From Verrucomicrobiota bacterium (GTDB lineage: Bacteria; Verrucomicrobiota; Lentisphaeria; Lentisphaerales; Lentisphaeraceae): a stretch of 64,000 nt of DNA. How positions within the stretch are numbered: the first letter of the stretch is position 1; each line of letters opens with the position of its first letter. Below are positions 15,980-25,095 of this stretch, in pieces. The stretch is from positions 45,362-109,361 of the forward strand of contig JBDKFG010000020.1 of assembly GCA_039798785.1 (NCBI GenBank), written 5' to 3'. The notes under the pieces are model-generated. The model searched no databases, was not told where the DNA came from, and worked only from the letters and a program-made list of their open reading frames with translations. The translations under genes and the position numbers were made by a program.

Positions 15980-18025
15980 TCAGCGGCGGAAAAGGAATTC
16001 GTTGGAGTTGATCAGGATCCAGATCAGATCCTCGGTTCCTTTGATCGAGTCTTCCTTCACTCTGGGCAGGAAGACGGCGGATTCTTTGCTGCTGGGGGCC
16101 CGGCAGAGGATGGCCTTGTAGGCCGTCTTGATGATTTCCTCGGGAGTTGAGAGAGCCTCCAGATCATCCATCAGGTGTGAGTTGCGGTTGCGGGTGATCA
16201 AGCGTTCGATTTCGCCGTTCATCAAGGAGAGAGCCTGAGGCACGGAGACTTCGAGGGAGGCGGCGTCGACATCCTCGCGCTCCGACTGGCCGAAGCGGGC
16301 GAGGAAATGATTGGCAGGGGCGGGTTGCGGCAGTTCGCTGGCGCGAAGCTGCAGATCGGCTTTGCCGTTGCGTTTTTTGTTTTTGCCGGCTTTCTTCTCG
16401 GCTTTCGCGGTCAATCCGCCTTCTTCTTTGGAGGCAAGCATCGCCAGCTTGGCGTCCGGGTTTTGGGTGGGAGGCGCGTTTTTGTCGAGCCACGCTTTCA
16501 GCCCTGCGCTGTCGATTTCCTTGGCCAGGGCGAGCAATTCCATCGGGCTTTTGTTTTTGACCAAGGGGAAAATCCGCAGCTGCTCGCCGGTCTCCTTGTC
16601 GATCTGGGAGCTTCCCGCTTCGGGATCGGGCTGGGCGAGGGCGACAATCGAGTCCCAGGTCTGTTCGGGAGAGAGGCGGCGGAACAGGGGGCCTTGGAAG
16701 AGGTAGTGTTCATCGGATTTGCCGGTGTAGGCCTGGGCCTGCCATGCGCGGGTGGCATAGAGGACGCGGCGGAATTCCGCCATCCGGTAGCCGAGCACTT
16801 TCATGTCGCGCTCCAGCTCCTCCATCAAGCCAGGAACCGAGCCGAGATCGTTGAGCTCCATGTTGTCGAGAGGCTCGATCAGGCCACGTCCCATGACTCG
16901 CGCCCAGATGCGGTTGACGATGTTGCGAGTGAACATCGGGTTGTCGGGAGAGGCCACCCAAGAGGCGAAGGCGGGGCGCGACTCAAGTTGCCGCCCGGGG
17001 GCGAGTGGGCTGGCCTTTTTCTTGTTTTTCTGGGCGATTTTGGCGTCTTCCCGCTTCATCGCCTTGGCGATGTCGGCTTCCGAGAAGGGGAGGGGGATCT
17101 TGGCGCCGAAGGGAGTTTCGGCAAGTACGAGATCGCCGGGCTTGGCATCGTCATATTTGTAATCCTTGGGGAGGCGGATGGTGCCGGTGCCGCTGCCGGC
17201 GATGCCGTGGGTGCTGATGTCCTGGAGCCGGCGATAGATCCCCTGGAGTTTCTTGTTCTCCTTGAATTCCGCTTCGATGGCGGCCCGGACCTCTTTGTTG
17301 TTGCCGGTCTGGCGGAGTTTCTCCTGGTATTGCAGGCCTCCGGTGAAGGCGGCGAGCTTGTAGAATTCCTGCTGAGTCCAGTCGTTGAAGGGATGATCGT
17401 GGCATTGAGCGCAGACCATGCTGGTGCCGAGGAAGACGCGCATCGAATTGGCCATGTTGTCGAGGGGCATGCCGCGGTCGCGGAGCAGATAGCCGGTGGC
17501 GCCGTTGCCGGGGGCGAGGGCATGGCCCTCAGAGGCGAGCATGGCAAGCGTCATCTCGTTCCAGGGCATGTCGCGAGACAGGGCGCCTTTCAGCCATTCC
17601 TGCCAGTTGCCGCTGGGGACATTTCCTTGAAGGCGCGACTTGACCCTCAGTGTGTCGGCCCACAGGTTGAAGTCGTGGCTGGCCGCGGCTGGAGAGCGGA
17701 TCAGTTGCCGGACCAGTTCGCCGCGTCGATGGCTGCGCCGGTCTTCTTCGAACGCCTCGATCTCCTTGAGCGTCGGGATCCGCCCGGCGATCTCGAGATA
17801 AGCGCGGCGGAGAAAACTGGCGTCGTCGACATCCGCCGGGGCGGCTAGTCCTTTCGCCTGCCATGCCGCGCCGAGGAGGGCGTCGATGCGCTTGGCCATG
17901 GCTTCTATGGCGATGTCGGGGAGGGGGGGCTTCTCTCCTTCCGCAGGCAGCAGGATCATCGGTTTTTCGGCGGCGGTGGCGATGCCTCCGAGGGACAGAA
18001 GCAGGCAAATCAGGTAGTGGCGCAT
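15980..18025 (-). CDS. DUF1549/DUF1553 (PSD1/PSCyt2-type) protein
   Basis: FLRRAYLEIAGRIPT, CAQCHDHPF, VNRIWARVMGRGL, QALSLMNG, LINSNEFLF. Start reassigned to the signal-peptide ATG at 18025. Confidence 0.9.
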   Translation of the reverse strand: MRHYLICLLLSLGGIATAAEKPMILLPAEGEKPPLPDIAIEAMAKRIDALLGAAWQAKGLAAPADVDDASFLRRAYLEIAGRIPTLKEIEAFEEDRRSHRRGELVRQLIRSPAAASHDFNLWADTLRVKSRLQGNVPSGNWQEWLKGALSRDMPWNEMTLAMLASEGHALAPGNGATGYLLRDRGMPLDNMANSMRVFLGTSMVCAQCHDHPFNDWTQQEFYKLAAFTGGLQYQEKLRQTGNNKEVRAAIEAEFKENKKLQGIYRRLQDISTHGIAGSGTGTIRLPKDYKYDDAKPGDLVLAETPFGAKIPLPFSEADIAKAMKREDAKIAQKNKKKASPLAPGRQLESRPAFASWVASPDNPMFTRNIVNRIWARVMGRGLIEPLDNMELNDLGSVPGLMEELERDMKVLGYRMAEFRRVLYATRAWQAQAYTGKSDEHYLFQGPLFRRLSPEQTWDSIVALAQPDPEAGSSQIDKETGEQLRIFPLVKNKSPMELLALAKEIDSAGLKAWLDKNAPPTQNPDAKLAMLASKEEGGLTAKAEKKAGKNKKRNGKADLQLRASELPQPAPANHFLARFGQSEREDVDAASLEVSVPQALSLMNGEIERLITRNRNSHLMDDLEALSTPEEIIKTAYKAILCRAPSSKESAVFLPRVKEDSIKGTEDLIWILINSNEFLFRR

Positions 18026-18150
18026 GAAGCTGGTCCTGGTTAAATCACGAGGGTGGAGACATGGAGCTAACGCCGAGACAGGCGTCTTCATTGTTCCCGG
18101 CCAGGACTTTAGTGGGAAAAATTCTTCTTGCTTGGGCCGCGCCGGCGCTT

Positions 18151-20427
18151 TCACGGAGCTTCGCTGAAGCAGATGAAGAGCAGCAGTGTCCCCGCGCGCG
18201 TCTTCAGCACGGACTCCTGCCCCGGACTCAGCTTCAACGGCGGCGGCGGTTCTCCTCGCCTCCAGCTCCGGGGCGGGCCGACCCGGAGCTCTCGGAATCC
18301 CGGATCGCTTTGCGATCCCGACAGCGAGCAGCTGACGGCGTTGAGGAGCTCGCCGATGCCGGAACTCAGCAGTTCATCGTCAAGCTCCACGCCAGGCAGG
18401 AGAGGTTCCAGCATCTTCGATGCGGTGGCGTGATCGCAGCCGAGGATGATCTGGCCGCTCAGCGTGGGAGTGTCGAACCGGATGCAGGCCATCAGGCTTT
18501 CGCGGAAGCTCGGCCAGGGCTGGGCGCGCGATACCTGACGCTCGACCCGGGCGCCATCGCCGAACATCTCGTCGAGGCCCCGGCTCAGGCTGTCGAGGAC
18601 AGCCTCGTACTGGGCTGCATCCATCAGCGGTGTCGCCGACTCTTCGGCAGCATCCTCGCGGGGTGCGAGTCGGCATTGGTTCAGGATCCGCGTCAGCTCG
18701 GCGAAATTCACCGGCTTGGTGAGATACTCGTCCATTCCCGCCTTGAGACAGTTTTCGCGCTCACCTTTGATGGCGTTGGCGGTGATGGCGACAATGCGCA
18801 GTTTGGAGCCCCGTTCGCGCAGCACCCTGGTCGCTTGCAAGCCGTCGAGATTGGGCATCATGCAATCCATCAAGATCAAATCGAATTCCGAAGCTTCGCA
18901 TGCCAGGACGGCCTCGGCGCCATCGTTGCAGACGCAGGTCTGATGGCCTAGCCTCTCGAGGATTCGAACCAGGATCTTCTGGTTGACGGCGTTGTCGTCG
19001 GCGATCAGAATGCGCAATGCGGCGCCTCCGGCAGTGGCGCATGGGGACTTCCTCGCCGCTGGCGGCGCCAGGATCTGGAGCAGGCGGGCGGTGAGTGGCG
19101 AGGGGGTGATCCCGTCCCAGCCGGACGGACGGGACTCCTTGTCGCCGGCAAGAAAACGGCTGAGAGGAATCTGGGTGATCAGGCGAAGACCAGGATGTTG
19201 CTTGCGCAATTCGTCGGGATCTGGGAGATGGGCGTTGAGATTGATCAGTACCTGGGCCTTCCCGGGAGCCGTTACGACTTCGTGGCCGGCGGACTGCAGC
19301 AGGTAGGCGCAGGAGTGGCGGACCGATTCGCCGCCGCCGTCGAGGTGGATGCGCAGACTGTCTCCGGGGCTCGGCTCTCCGTCTTCCGCCGCGGGGAGCT
19401 TGATCTCGAAGGAGAAGCAACTGCCCTTGCCGGGCTCGCTGGCGACCCGGATGCGTCCGTCCATCAGTTCGACCAGGGATTTGCAGATTGAAAGTCCCAG
19501 TCCAGTGCCGCCGAAACGCCGGGTGGTCGAGCCGTCGGCCTGCTCGAAAGGCTGGAAGAGCCGCTGCAGAGCCTCAGCCGAGATGCCGATGCCGCTGTCG
19601 CGGATCTCGAAGCCGATCTCATCCGGCCGCGAGCCGGGACGGACCGTCAGGACGACTTCGCCCGCGGCGGTGAACTTGATCGCGTTGCTGAGGAGATTGC
19701 CGATCAGTTGGCGGAGGCGGAGGGGGTCGCCGCGGATCTTCCGGGGGAGCATCGGGGAAACCAGGGAGTGGAGCTCGATGTTCTTTCTCTGAGCGTTCAA
19801 TGCGTAGAGGCTGACGATGTCGTCGAGCAGCTCGCGAAAGTTGATTTCGACCAGCTCCAGGGAGAGCTTTCCCGCTTCGATCTTGGAGTAGTCGAGAATG
19901 TCGTCGACGATGCGCAGCAGCGATTCCCCGCTGCTGCGGATGATCTCCAGGCCGGTGCGCTGCTCTTCGCCGGCGTCGGCAGTCGCGAGGATCTTGGCCA
20001 TGCTGAGAATGCCGTTCAATGGAGTCCTGATCTCATGGCTCATGTTGGCCAGCAGCATTCCCTTCGCCCGGTTCGCTTCTTCGGCGACTGCCCGGGCTCG
20101 TGATTGGGCCTCCGACTCGAGTCGGCTGCGGACATCGCGGGCGAGGCAGACCATGGTGCCAGCAGATTCGCTGGTGATGTTGATATCGACCGGAATGCGT
20201 CGGGGGCCGTACCAGGCGTCGCAGCCCTGGCGGGACGCGGCCAGCTCCAGGATGGCGCCTTCGGTCTGTCCGACGGGATCCGTTTCCGCCATCGCCTTGG
20301 CCGCAGCGTTGGCGGCCAGGATGCGACCGTGGTTGTCGATCACCAGGATGGCGTCCGCCGCGGCGTCGAAGATCTCCAGCAGCCGGGAATGGCTGAGGCA
20401 ATGAGGAGTGGAGTCGGGCGGATTCAT
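18151..20427 (-). CDS. Hybrid sensor kinase PAS-HisKA-HATPase-(degenerate REC)-REC with a C-terminal CheX-like domain
   Basis: H-box LANMSHEIRTPLNG, NLLSNAIKFT, DSGIGI, GGTGLGL, REC ILIADDN...LMDCMMP, C-terminal SGQIILG...IGELLN (CheC/CheX ExxN). Confidence 0.88.
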   Translation of the reverse strand: MNPPDSTPHCLSHSRLLEIFDAAADAILVIDNHGRILAANAAAKAMAETDPVGQTEGAILELAASRQGCDAWYGPRRIPVDINITSESAGTMVCLARDVRSRLESEAQSRARAVAEEANRAKGMLLANMSHEIRTPLNGILSMAKILATADAGEEQRTGLEIIRSSGESLLRIVDDILDYSKIEAGKLSLELVEINFRELLDDIVSLYALNAQRKNIELHSLVSPMLPRKIRGDPLRLRQLIGNLLSNAIKFTAAGEVVLTVRPGSRPDEIGFEIRDSGIGISAEALQRLFQPFEQADGSTTRRFGGTGLGLSICKSLVELMDGRIRVASEPGKGSCFSFEIKLPAAEDGEPSPGDSLRIHLDGGGESVRHSCAYLLQSAGHEVVTAPGKAQVLINLNAHLPDPDELRKQHPGLRLITQIPLSRFLAGDKESRPSGWDGITPSPLTARLLQILAPPAARKSPCATAGGAALRILIADDNAVNQKILVRILERLGHQTCVCNDGAEAVLACEASEFDLILMDCMMPNLDGLQATRVLRERGSKLRIVAITANAIKGERENCLKAGMDEYLTKPVNFAELTRILNQCRLAPREDAAEESATPLMDAAQYEAVLDSLSRGLDEMFGDGARVERQVSRAQPWPSFRESLMACIRFDTPTLSGQIILGCDHATASKMLEPLLPGVELDDELLSSGIGELLNAVSCSLSGSQSDPGFRELRVGPPRSWRRGEPPPPLKLSPGQESVLKTRAGTLLLFICFSEAP

Positions 20428-22878
20428 TCAGGCTGGGAGGGTGATGGTGAAGGTCGAGCCTTGGCCGATCTGGGTGCGAATGCCGATCGAGCCGCCTTCG
20501 GCTTCGACTTCGGCCTTGACTGCGTCCATGCCGACGCCGCGGCCGGAGGTTTCGGTGACCGCGTCCTTGGTCGAGAATCCTTTGACAGCGCGGCGGCTTC
20601 GTCGGCGCTGACCACGCCTTTGCGGATGGCGCTGGCGGCGACGGCGTCGGGATCGATGCCTTTTCCGTCGTCGCTGACGCTGATCATCACGGCGCCTTCG
20701 GAGCTGGTGAAGGAGAGACTGATCTGACCTGGGCCCTTGCCGAGGGACTGGCGGACCTCATCGTCCTCGAGACCGTGATCGACGGCGTTGCGGACGAGGT
20801 GGACGAGGGAGTTGTCGATGCGACGGATGAGCGAGCGGCGGATCAGAACTTGGCCGTGGTAGAAGTGGATGTCGTTGATGTGGCGTCCGTTGGACTCGCG
20901 GTACTGGACGACGATGTTGCAGTATTTGCGGCAGAGGGATTCGAAGGGTGCGGCATCGAGATCGAGGAGTGCGGTGGCGAGCTCCGCCGGGGGCAGGGGC
21001 TGGCCTAGGCGTGCGAGTGCGAGGAGCTGTTCATAGCGGGCGCGGTCGATGTTGAGTCCGTCCTGGTCGGCGAAGAGCTTGTCTTTGAGTTCGAGGAAGC
21101 TCTTGATTTCGATGTCGAGGACGGCGAGGGAGGATTTCCATGCCTCTTCAAGATCGGAAGGGAGCTCGCCGGCGCGAAGACGTTCGAGGACGTCCTCGAC
21201 CAGTCCGGCCGCCTGGGCGAGGGAGGAGAAGCCGAGGGAGCCGGCGTTGCCCTTGAGGGTGTGGAAGTCGCGGAAGAGTTCGTGCACCTGGTGGACGGCG
21301 TCCTTCACTTTCAGTCCGCTGGCGCGGAGGAGGGACTGGCCCATGGCGGCGGTGAAGGCGGCGATGGTGCCGGAGTCGGAATTGACCAGTCCGACGATGC
21401 GCTCCATCTGGCCTTGCTGTTCGCGGCGGAAGGCTTCCAAGGCCATCTTGGTCTGGCGGGCTTCGGTGACGTCGGAGGCGAGCACCATGAGGCGGGCGAG
21501 GGCGCCGTCCTTGCCGAGGATGGGGCGGTAGTCGAGGCCGATGATGCGTTCGCCGCCGTCAGCGTCGCGGATCATCAGCTCGCGGGCGGGGCAGAGCTCG
21601 ACGTATTTCTCCCAGCGCTTGAGCTTCTTGGGGTCGCTGACGATCTTGAGCCAGTTCCGGAACTGTTCGGTGCCGGACTGGTCGAGGCGGAGGATTTCGG
21701 CGGCTGGGCGCTCGGCGAACTCCTTGAATCCAAGGACGTTCTCGGCCCGCTGCGAGTGCTCCGCTCCGGCTTTCAGCTCCAGATCGAGGGTGATGATGCC
21801 TTGGTCGATGGCGTTGAGGATCGCTGATCTGGCGGGTCTTGTCGTCGACCATTTCCTGCAGGTTTTCGGTGAAGCTCTTGACCTGGCGGCGCATGTGTTC
21901 GAAGGAATTGGCGAGATCTCCGACTTCGTCGTCGCTGGTGACTCCGACTGAGCGGCTGTAGTCGCCAGCGGCGATCAATGCGGCTGCCTCGTTGAGTTGC
22001 TGCACCGGCAGCGCGATGCGGGCGGCGACTGAGCGGGCGACGAGCAGGGCGACGGCAAGGATCAGCACGGAAAAGCCAGCGATGATGGCGAGGGACAGCC
22101 AGAGGGTCGACTTCAAGGAGGATTCGAAGGCTGCGTCCTGCTCGTCGCTCAGCTTCTCTTCGTTTTGCAAAAGGGTTTCGAGCTGTTCGAGGGAGAGGAC
22201 GTAACGCAGGTAGGCCACCGACTCCCCTTCGCGGCGCAGTTCCTTGATGTCGGCCTTGGCAGGCAGCACTGGGATGCTGCATTCCCAGGCCTTGACCGTC
22301 CGAGGCTTGCCGTCCTTGCCGGAGGTGATGAATTCGGCCAGTTCGATCTTCATCTCGTCGGAGGAGCAGATTCCGGTGATGCGGGGATCGTGGATGCTGG
22401 CGAGGGCCTTGCCCTCCTCGCTGCTGATCTGCCAAGTCTTGGCGGGCAGATCGTAGACCACTTTGAAGCCAGCGCCTTGGGGATGCTGGCGGTCAAGCAG
22501 CTGCCAGGCCTTGGCTTCGGAGAGCCGGCCTTCGTCGTCGTAGCCCGCGACGAGGAACTGGAGGCAGAGGATCTCCTCGTCCTGGAAAAGCTGGGTGAGA
22601 TGGTTCTTGACGGCGCCGTAGGAATTGTCCTGGAAGAGCGGCAGCAGGACCATCGAGTTCTGGACCAGCTGGTTTTCGCCTTTGCGGCGCAGCGCCGTCT
22701 GATAGACGTCCTTGAGCTTGTCCCTGGCGGCGGAAGAGCGCGCGCCGCTGCGCTCCAGCGCGTCGCGTGAAAGACTGCTCATCTTCCACCAGACGAGAAG
22801 CGCCACGGCGACGACCGCCGCCGCCAACAGGGAGGCGACGACGGTGACGATCTTGCGCAGGATGGATCGGCGTGCCAT
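20428..22878 (-). pseudogene. Membrane CheA-like kinase without CheW domain (TM-periplasmic-TM-HAMP-PAS-Hpt-HATPase), disrupted by two frameshifts
   Basis: HAMP ends VDDKTRQISD; frameshift at ~21820 continues ILNAIDQGIITLD...; Hpt LFRDFHTLKGNA; N-box HLVRNAVDHG; second shift at ~20582 continues GFSTKDAVTETSGRGVGMDAV...FTITLPA* with the stop at 20428 abutting the next start. Confidence 0.8.
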
Positions 22879-22904
22879 GATCGGGTCTCCTCGGCGGCAG
22901 TGAC

Positions 22905-23909
22905 TCAGCGAGCGGCGTGCGGAGTGATGCCCAGGCTCTTCAGCCTGGCTTCATCGAGGGTCTTCACCACTGCTAGGATGTGATCGACCTTGGCCTCGTC
23001 GTCGTTCTCCATTACATCGAGCGCCAGGTTCGCCACTTGCGAGCCCAGGGCTTTGTGGTCGGGTGAGGCGCTGAAGGCGCAGAAGCCGGCTTTCTTGCCT
23101 GAGAATTCCGCGATGCCTGAGACGAAGGCGACCTTGCTGCCGCGGGCCGTCTTGACCCATGTGCCGCTGAAGGTCTCCTTGCACAGCAGGACCGAATCGG
23201 CAAGGACCCACACCGCCTGGGCGTCGCCCTTCCCGACTTCAAGCGGAAGCAGTTTCTTGACGGTGGCGATGACCTGGTCGCGACCTTGGCCATCGACTTC
23301 GCAGTCAATGGCGCGAAGGGTGATGCCCTCCTTGGCGAGCTGCTCGGAGGCTTCATGGATCATCTCCCGGTGCTGTGAGCCGCGGTAGAACACCAGCGCC
23401 TTCTCGACTTTGATGCCGCTGAGGTGGCGCCACTGGGTGAGGATGGTGTAGGCGGGGACCTCGTATTCGACTGCGCTTATCAATTTATTGCCGGCCAGGA
23501 TCTTGGGGAGGTTAAGTCCCATCGCGGCGACACTTCGCAGCTTGCGGGCGTAGTCGTCGGGCTCCTGATTGAAGCGGCGGGCGTAGCTGACGGCCTGGTT
23601 GTCCATAAGGAGGAGAAGCCTGGGCTTGACTTCTCGGATCTTCGCGGCGAACTGCTCGTATTGCATGTTTTCGGGCATGACGGCATCGACGAGGCGGCAG
23701 TCCGAGGCGGCGGCGGCTAAGGCGCTGGTGCACTCAGCGAAGTTTTCCGAGCCCTTGCGGAAGATCAGCAGGGTCGGCGCCTCGGCGGGAAGGTCGGTCC
23801 TGGCTGCGATCACCGGGGGCGCTTCGGATTTCGCTGCGGCGTTGAGGGAGCGGCAGGAAAGGGAGGAGAGCGCGCAGGCGGCGGCAAGGATGCTGAAGAT
23901 GGGTTTCAT
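22905..23909 (-). CDS. Periplasmic/lipoprotein ABC-substrate-binding-like protein
   Basis: Signal peptide with possible lipobox (LSC); QAVWVLADS...SPDHKALGSQVANLA resembles ABC_sub_bind proteins; no ABC permease adjacent. Confidence 0.55.
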   Translation of the reverse strand: MKPIFSILAAACALSSLSCRSLNAAAKSEAPPVIAARTDLPAEAPTLLIFRKGSENFAECTSALAAAASDCRLVDAVMPENMQYEQFAAKIREVKPRLLLLMDNQAVSYARRFNQEPDDYARKLRSVAAMGLNLPKILAGNKLISAVEYEVPAYTILTQWRHLSGIKVEKALVFYRGSQHREMIHEASEQLAKEGITLRAIDCEVDGQGRDQVIATVKKLLPLEVGKGDAQAVWVLADSVLLCKETFSGTWVKTARGSKVAFVSGIAEFSGKKAGFCAFSASPDHKALGSQVANLALDVMENDDEAKVDHILAVVKTLDEARLKSLGITPHAAR

Positions 23910-23911
23910 GA

Positions 23912-24658
23912 TCAGTTTCCTCCTTTGACGGCTTCGATCTTGCTGAATCCAAGGCCGGCGATGGTCGCCGGGGCCAGTTGCAAGGCCTTGCCGGCGCTTT
24001 CGGGAGGGACCGATTTGTGCGCGTAGATCATGGGGTATTGAACCTCCGTGCTTTCGCCGACGGCGAAGGTCTTAGTCTGGTATTTCTCTTTCAGCTTGGC
24101 GAGGTCTTCGGGAGTGACGACGATGTAGTGGGCGTCGCCGAGGGCGAGGAGCGGGAAGAGGTCGTCCGGCTTGGTCACCCGCTTGATCTTCTTGAAGTCG
24201 CCGAGGACTTCCTGGAGGTAGCCTTTCAATTCGTTGCGGCCGAGTTCCTCGACGACGCCGACGGTGCCCTCCTTGCATTTCTCCTTGGTCCAGGAGGCGT
24301 CGGCTGAAAGGAGCTGGTATTTGAAGCTGCTCTTGCCGTTAAGTTCGAACTGGCCGAGGGGGCGGTAATCGGGGTTGTACTTGGCGAATGAAGAAGGGGC
24401 GATGACGAACTGGGAGGGGGCGCTGCCCAGGGATGTCTTGAACTCGGTGAAGGCGCCGAAGACTGTGACGCTTCGCCCCTTCAAGGCCGCATCCTCCTTG
24501 AGTAGTCTCTCCCGTTCGGCGGCGCTCTGGGTGCTGGCGAGGAATACCTTGGTGCCTTCCTCGCTCTTCCTCTCCTCGGCAGGAGAGGCTCGAGGCAGGA
24601 GCATCGCCGCTAAGGCGGCCACGCAGCAGGCGCGTCGGCTGAACTGTGATGACATCAT
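23912..24658 (-). CDS. Secreted hypothetical protein (phosphonate-binding-protein-like fold, inferred)
   Basis: SRR plus hydrophobic signal; VTKPDDLFPLLALGDAHYIVV resembles type II PBP patterns. Confidence 0.5.
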   Translation of the reverse strand: MMSSQFSRRACCVAALAAMLLPRASPAEERKSEEGTKVFLASTQSAAERERLLKEDAALKGRSVTVFGAFTEFKTSLGSAPSQFVIAPSSFAKYNPDYRPLGQFELNGKSSFKYQLLSADASWTKEKCKEGTVGVVEELGRNELKGYLQEVLGDFKKIKRVTKPDDLFPLLALGDAHYIVVTPEDLAKLKEKYQTKTFAVGESTEVQYPMIYAHKSVPPESAGKALQLAPATIAGLGFSKIEAVKGGN

Positions 24659-24686
24659 GGTGAGCTCCTGGGCTGGAATTGCGGCA

Positions 24687-25067
24687 TCAGTCTTCGAGCG
24701 CCTCGGCGATGTCCGCCTTGACCGTGGCGGCGTAGTCGGGCAGGTTGAACTGCAGCGGCTTCTTGATGAAGGCTCGGGCGCCGGCCTGCAGCGTCTCGGT
24801 GATCTTGGCGGCGTCCTTGATGGCGGAGCAGACGATGATTCTGGCGGCGGGGAATTCGGCGATGATCTCGCGGATCGCCTCGGAGCCGTCCTTGTTGGGC
24901 ATGGTCAGGTCGATGGTGACGAAATCCGGCTGGTGTTGCCGGTAGAGGGCGACGGCTTCGTTGCCGTCGTTGCCTTGGGCTACCACGGTGTGACCGAGAT
25001 CCTTTTCAAGGAAGTTCTTCAGTTGCATCCGGATCATCATCGAGTCGTCGACTACGAGTACGCGCAT
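24687..25067 (-). CDS. cheY: Single-domain CheY-like response regulator
   Basis: RVLVVDDS...FVTIDLTMPNKDG...CSA...FIKKP, 126 aa. Confidence 0.85.
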   Translation of the reverse strand: MRVLVVDDSMMIRMQLKNFLEKDLGHTVVAQGNDGNEAVALYRQHQPDFVTIDLTMPNKDGSEAIREIIAEFPAARIIVCSAIKDAAKITETLQAGARAFIKKPLQFNLPDYAATVKADIAEALED

Positions 25068-25095
25068 GGGGAGCCTCCTGGGGATGTGATGGGAG

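Noticed and set aside
20424..22878. Two separate genes as given in the ORF track (21559..22878 and 20424..21575)
   Set aside because: Both ORFs end in off-frame tails and the domains continue across frames, so they are treated as one disrupted gene.
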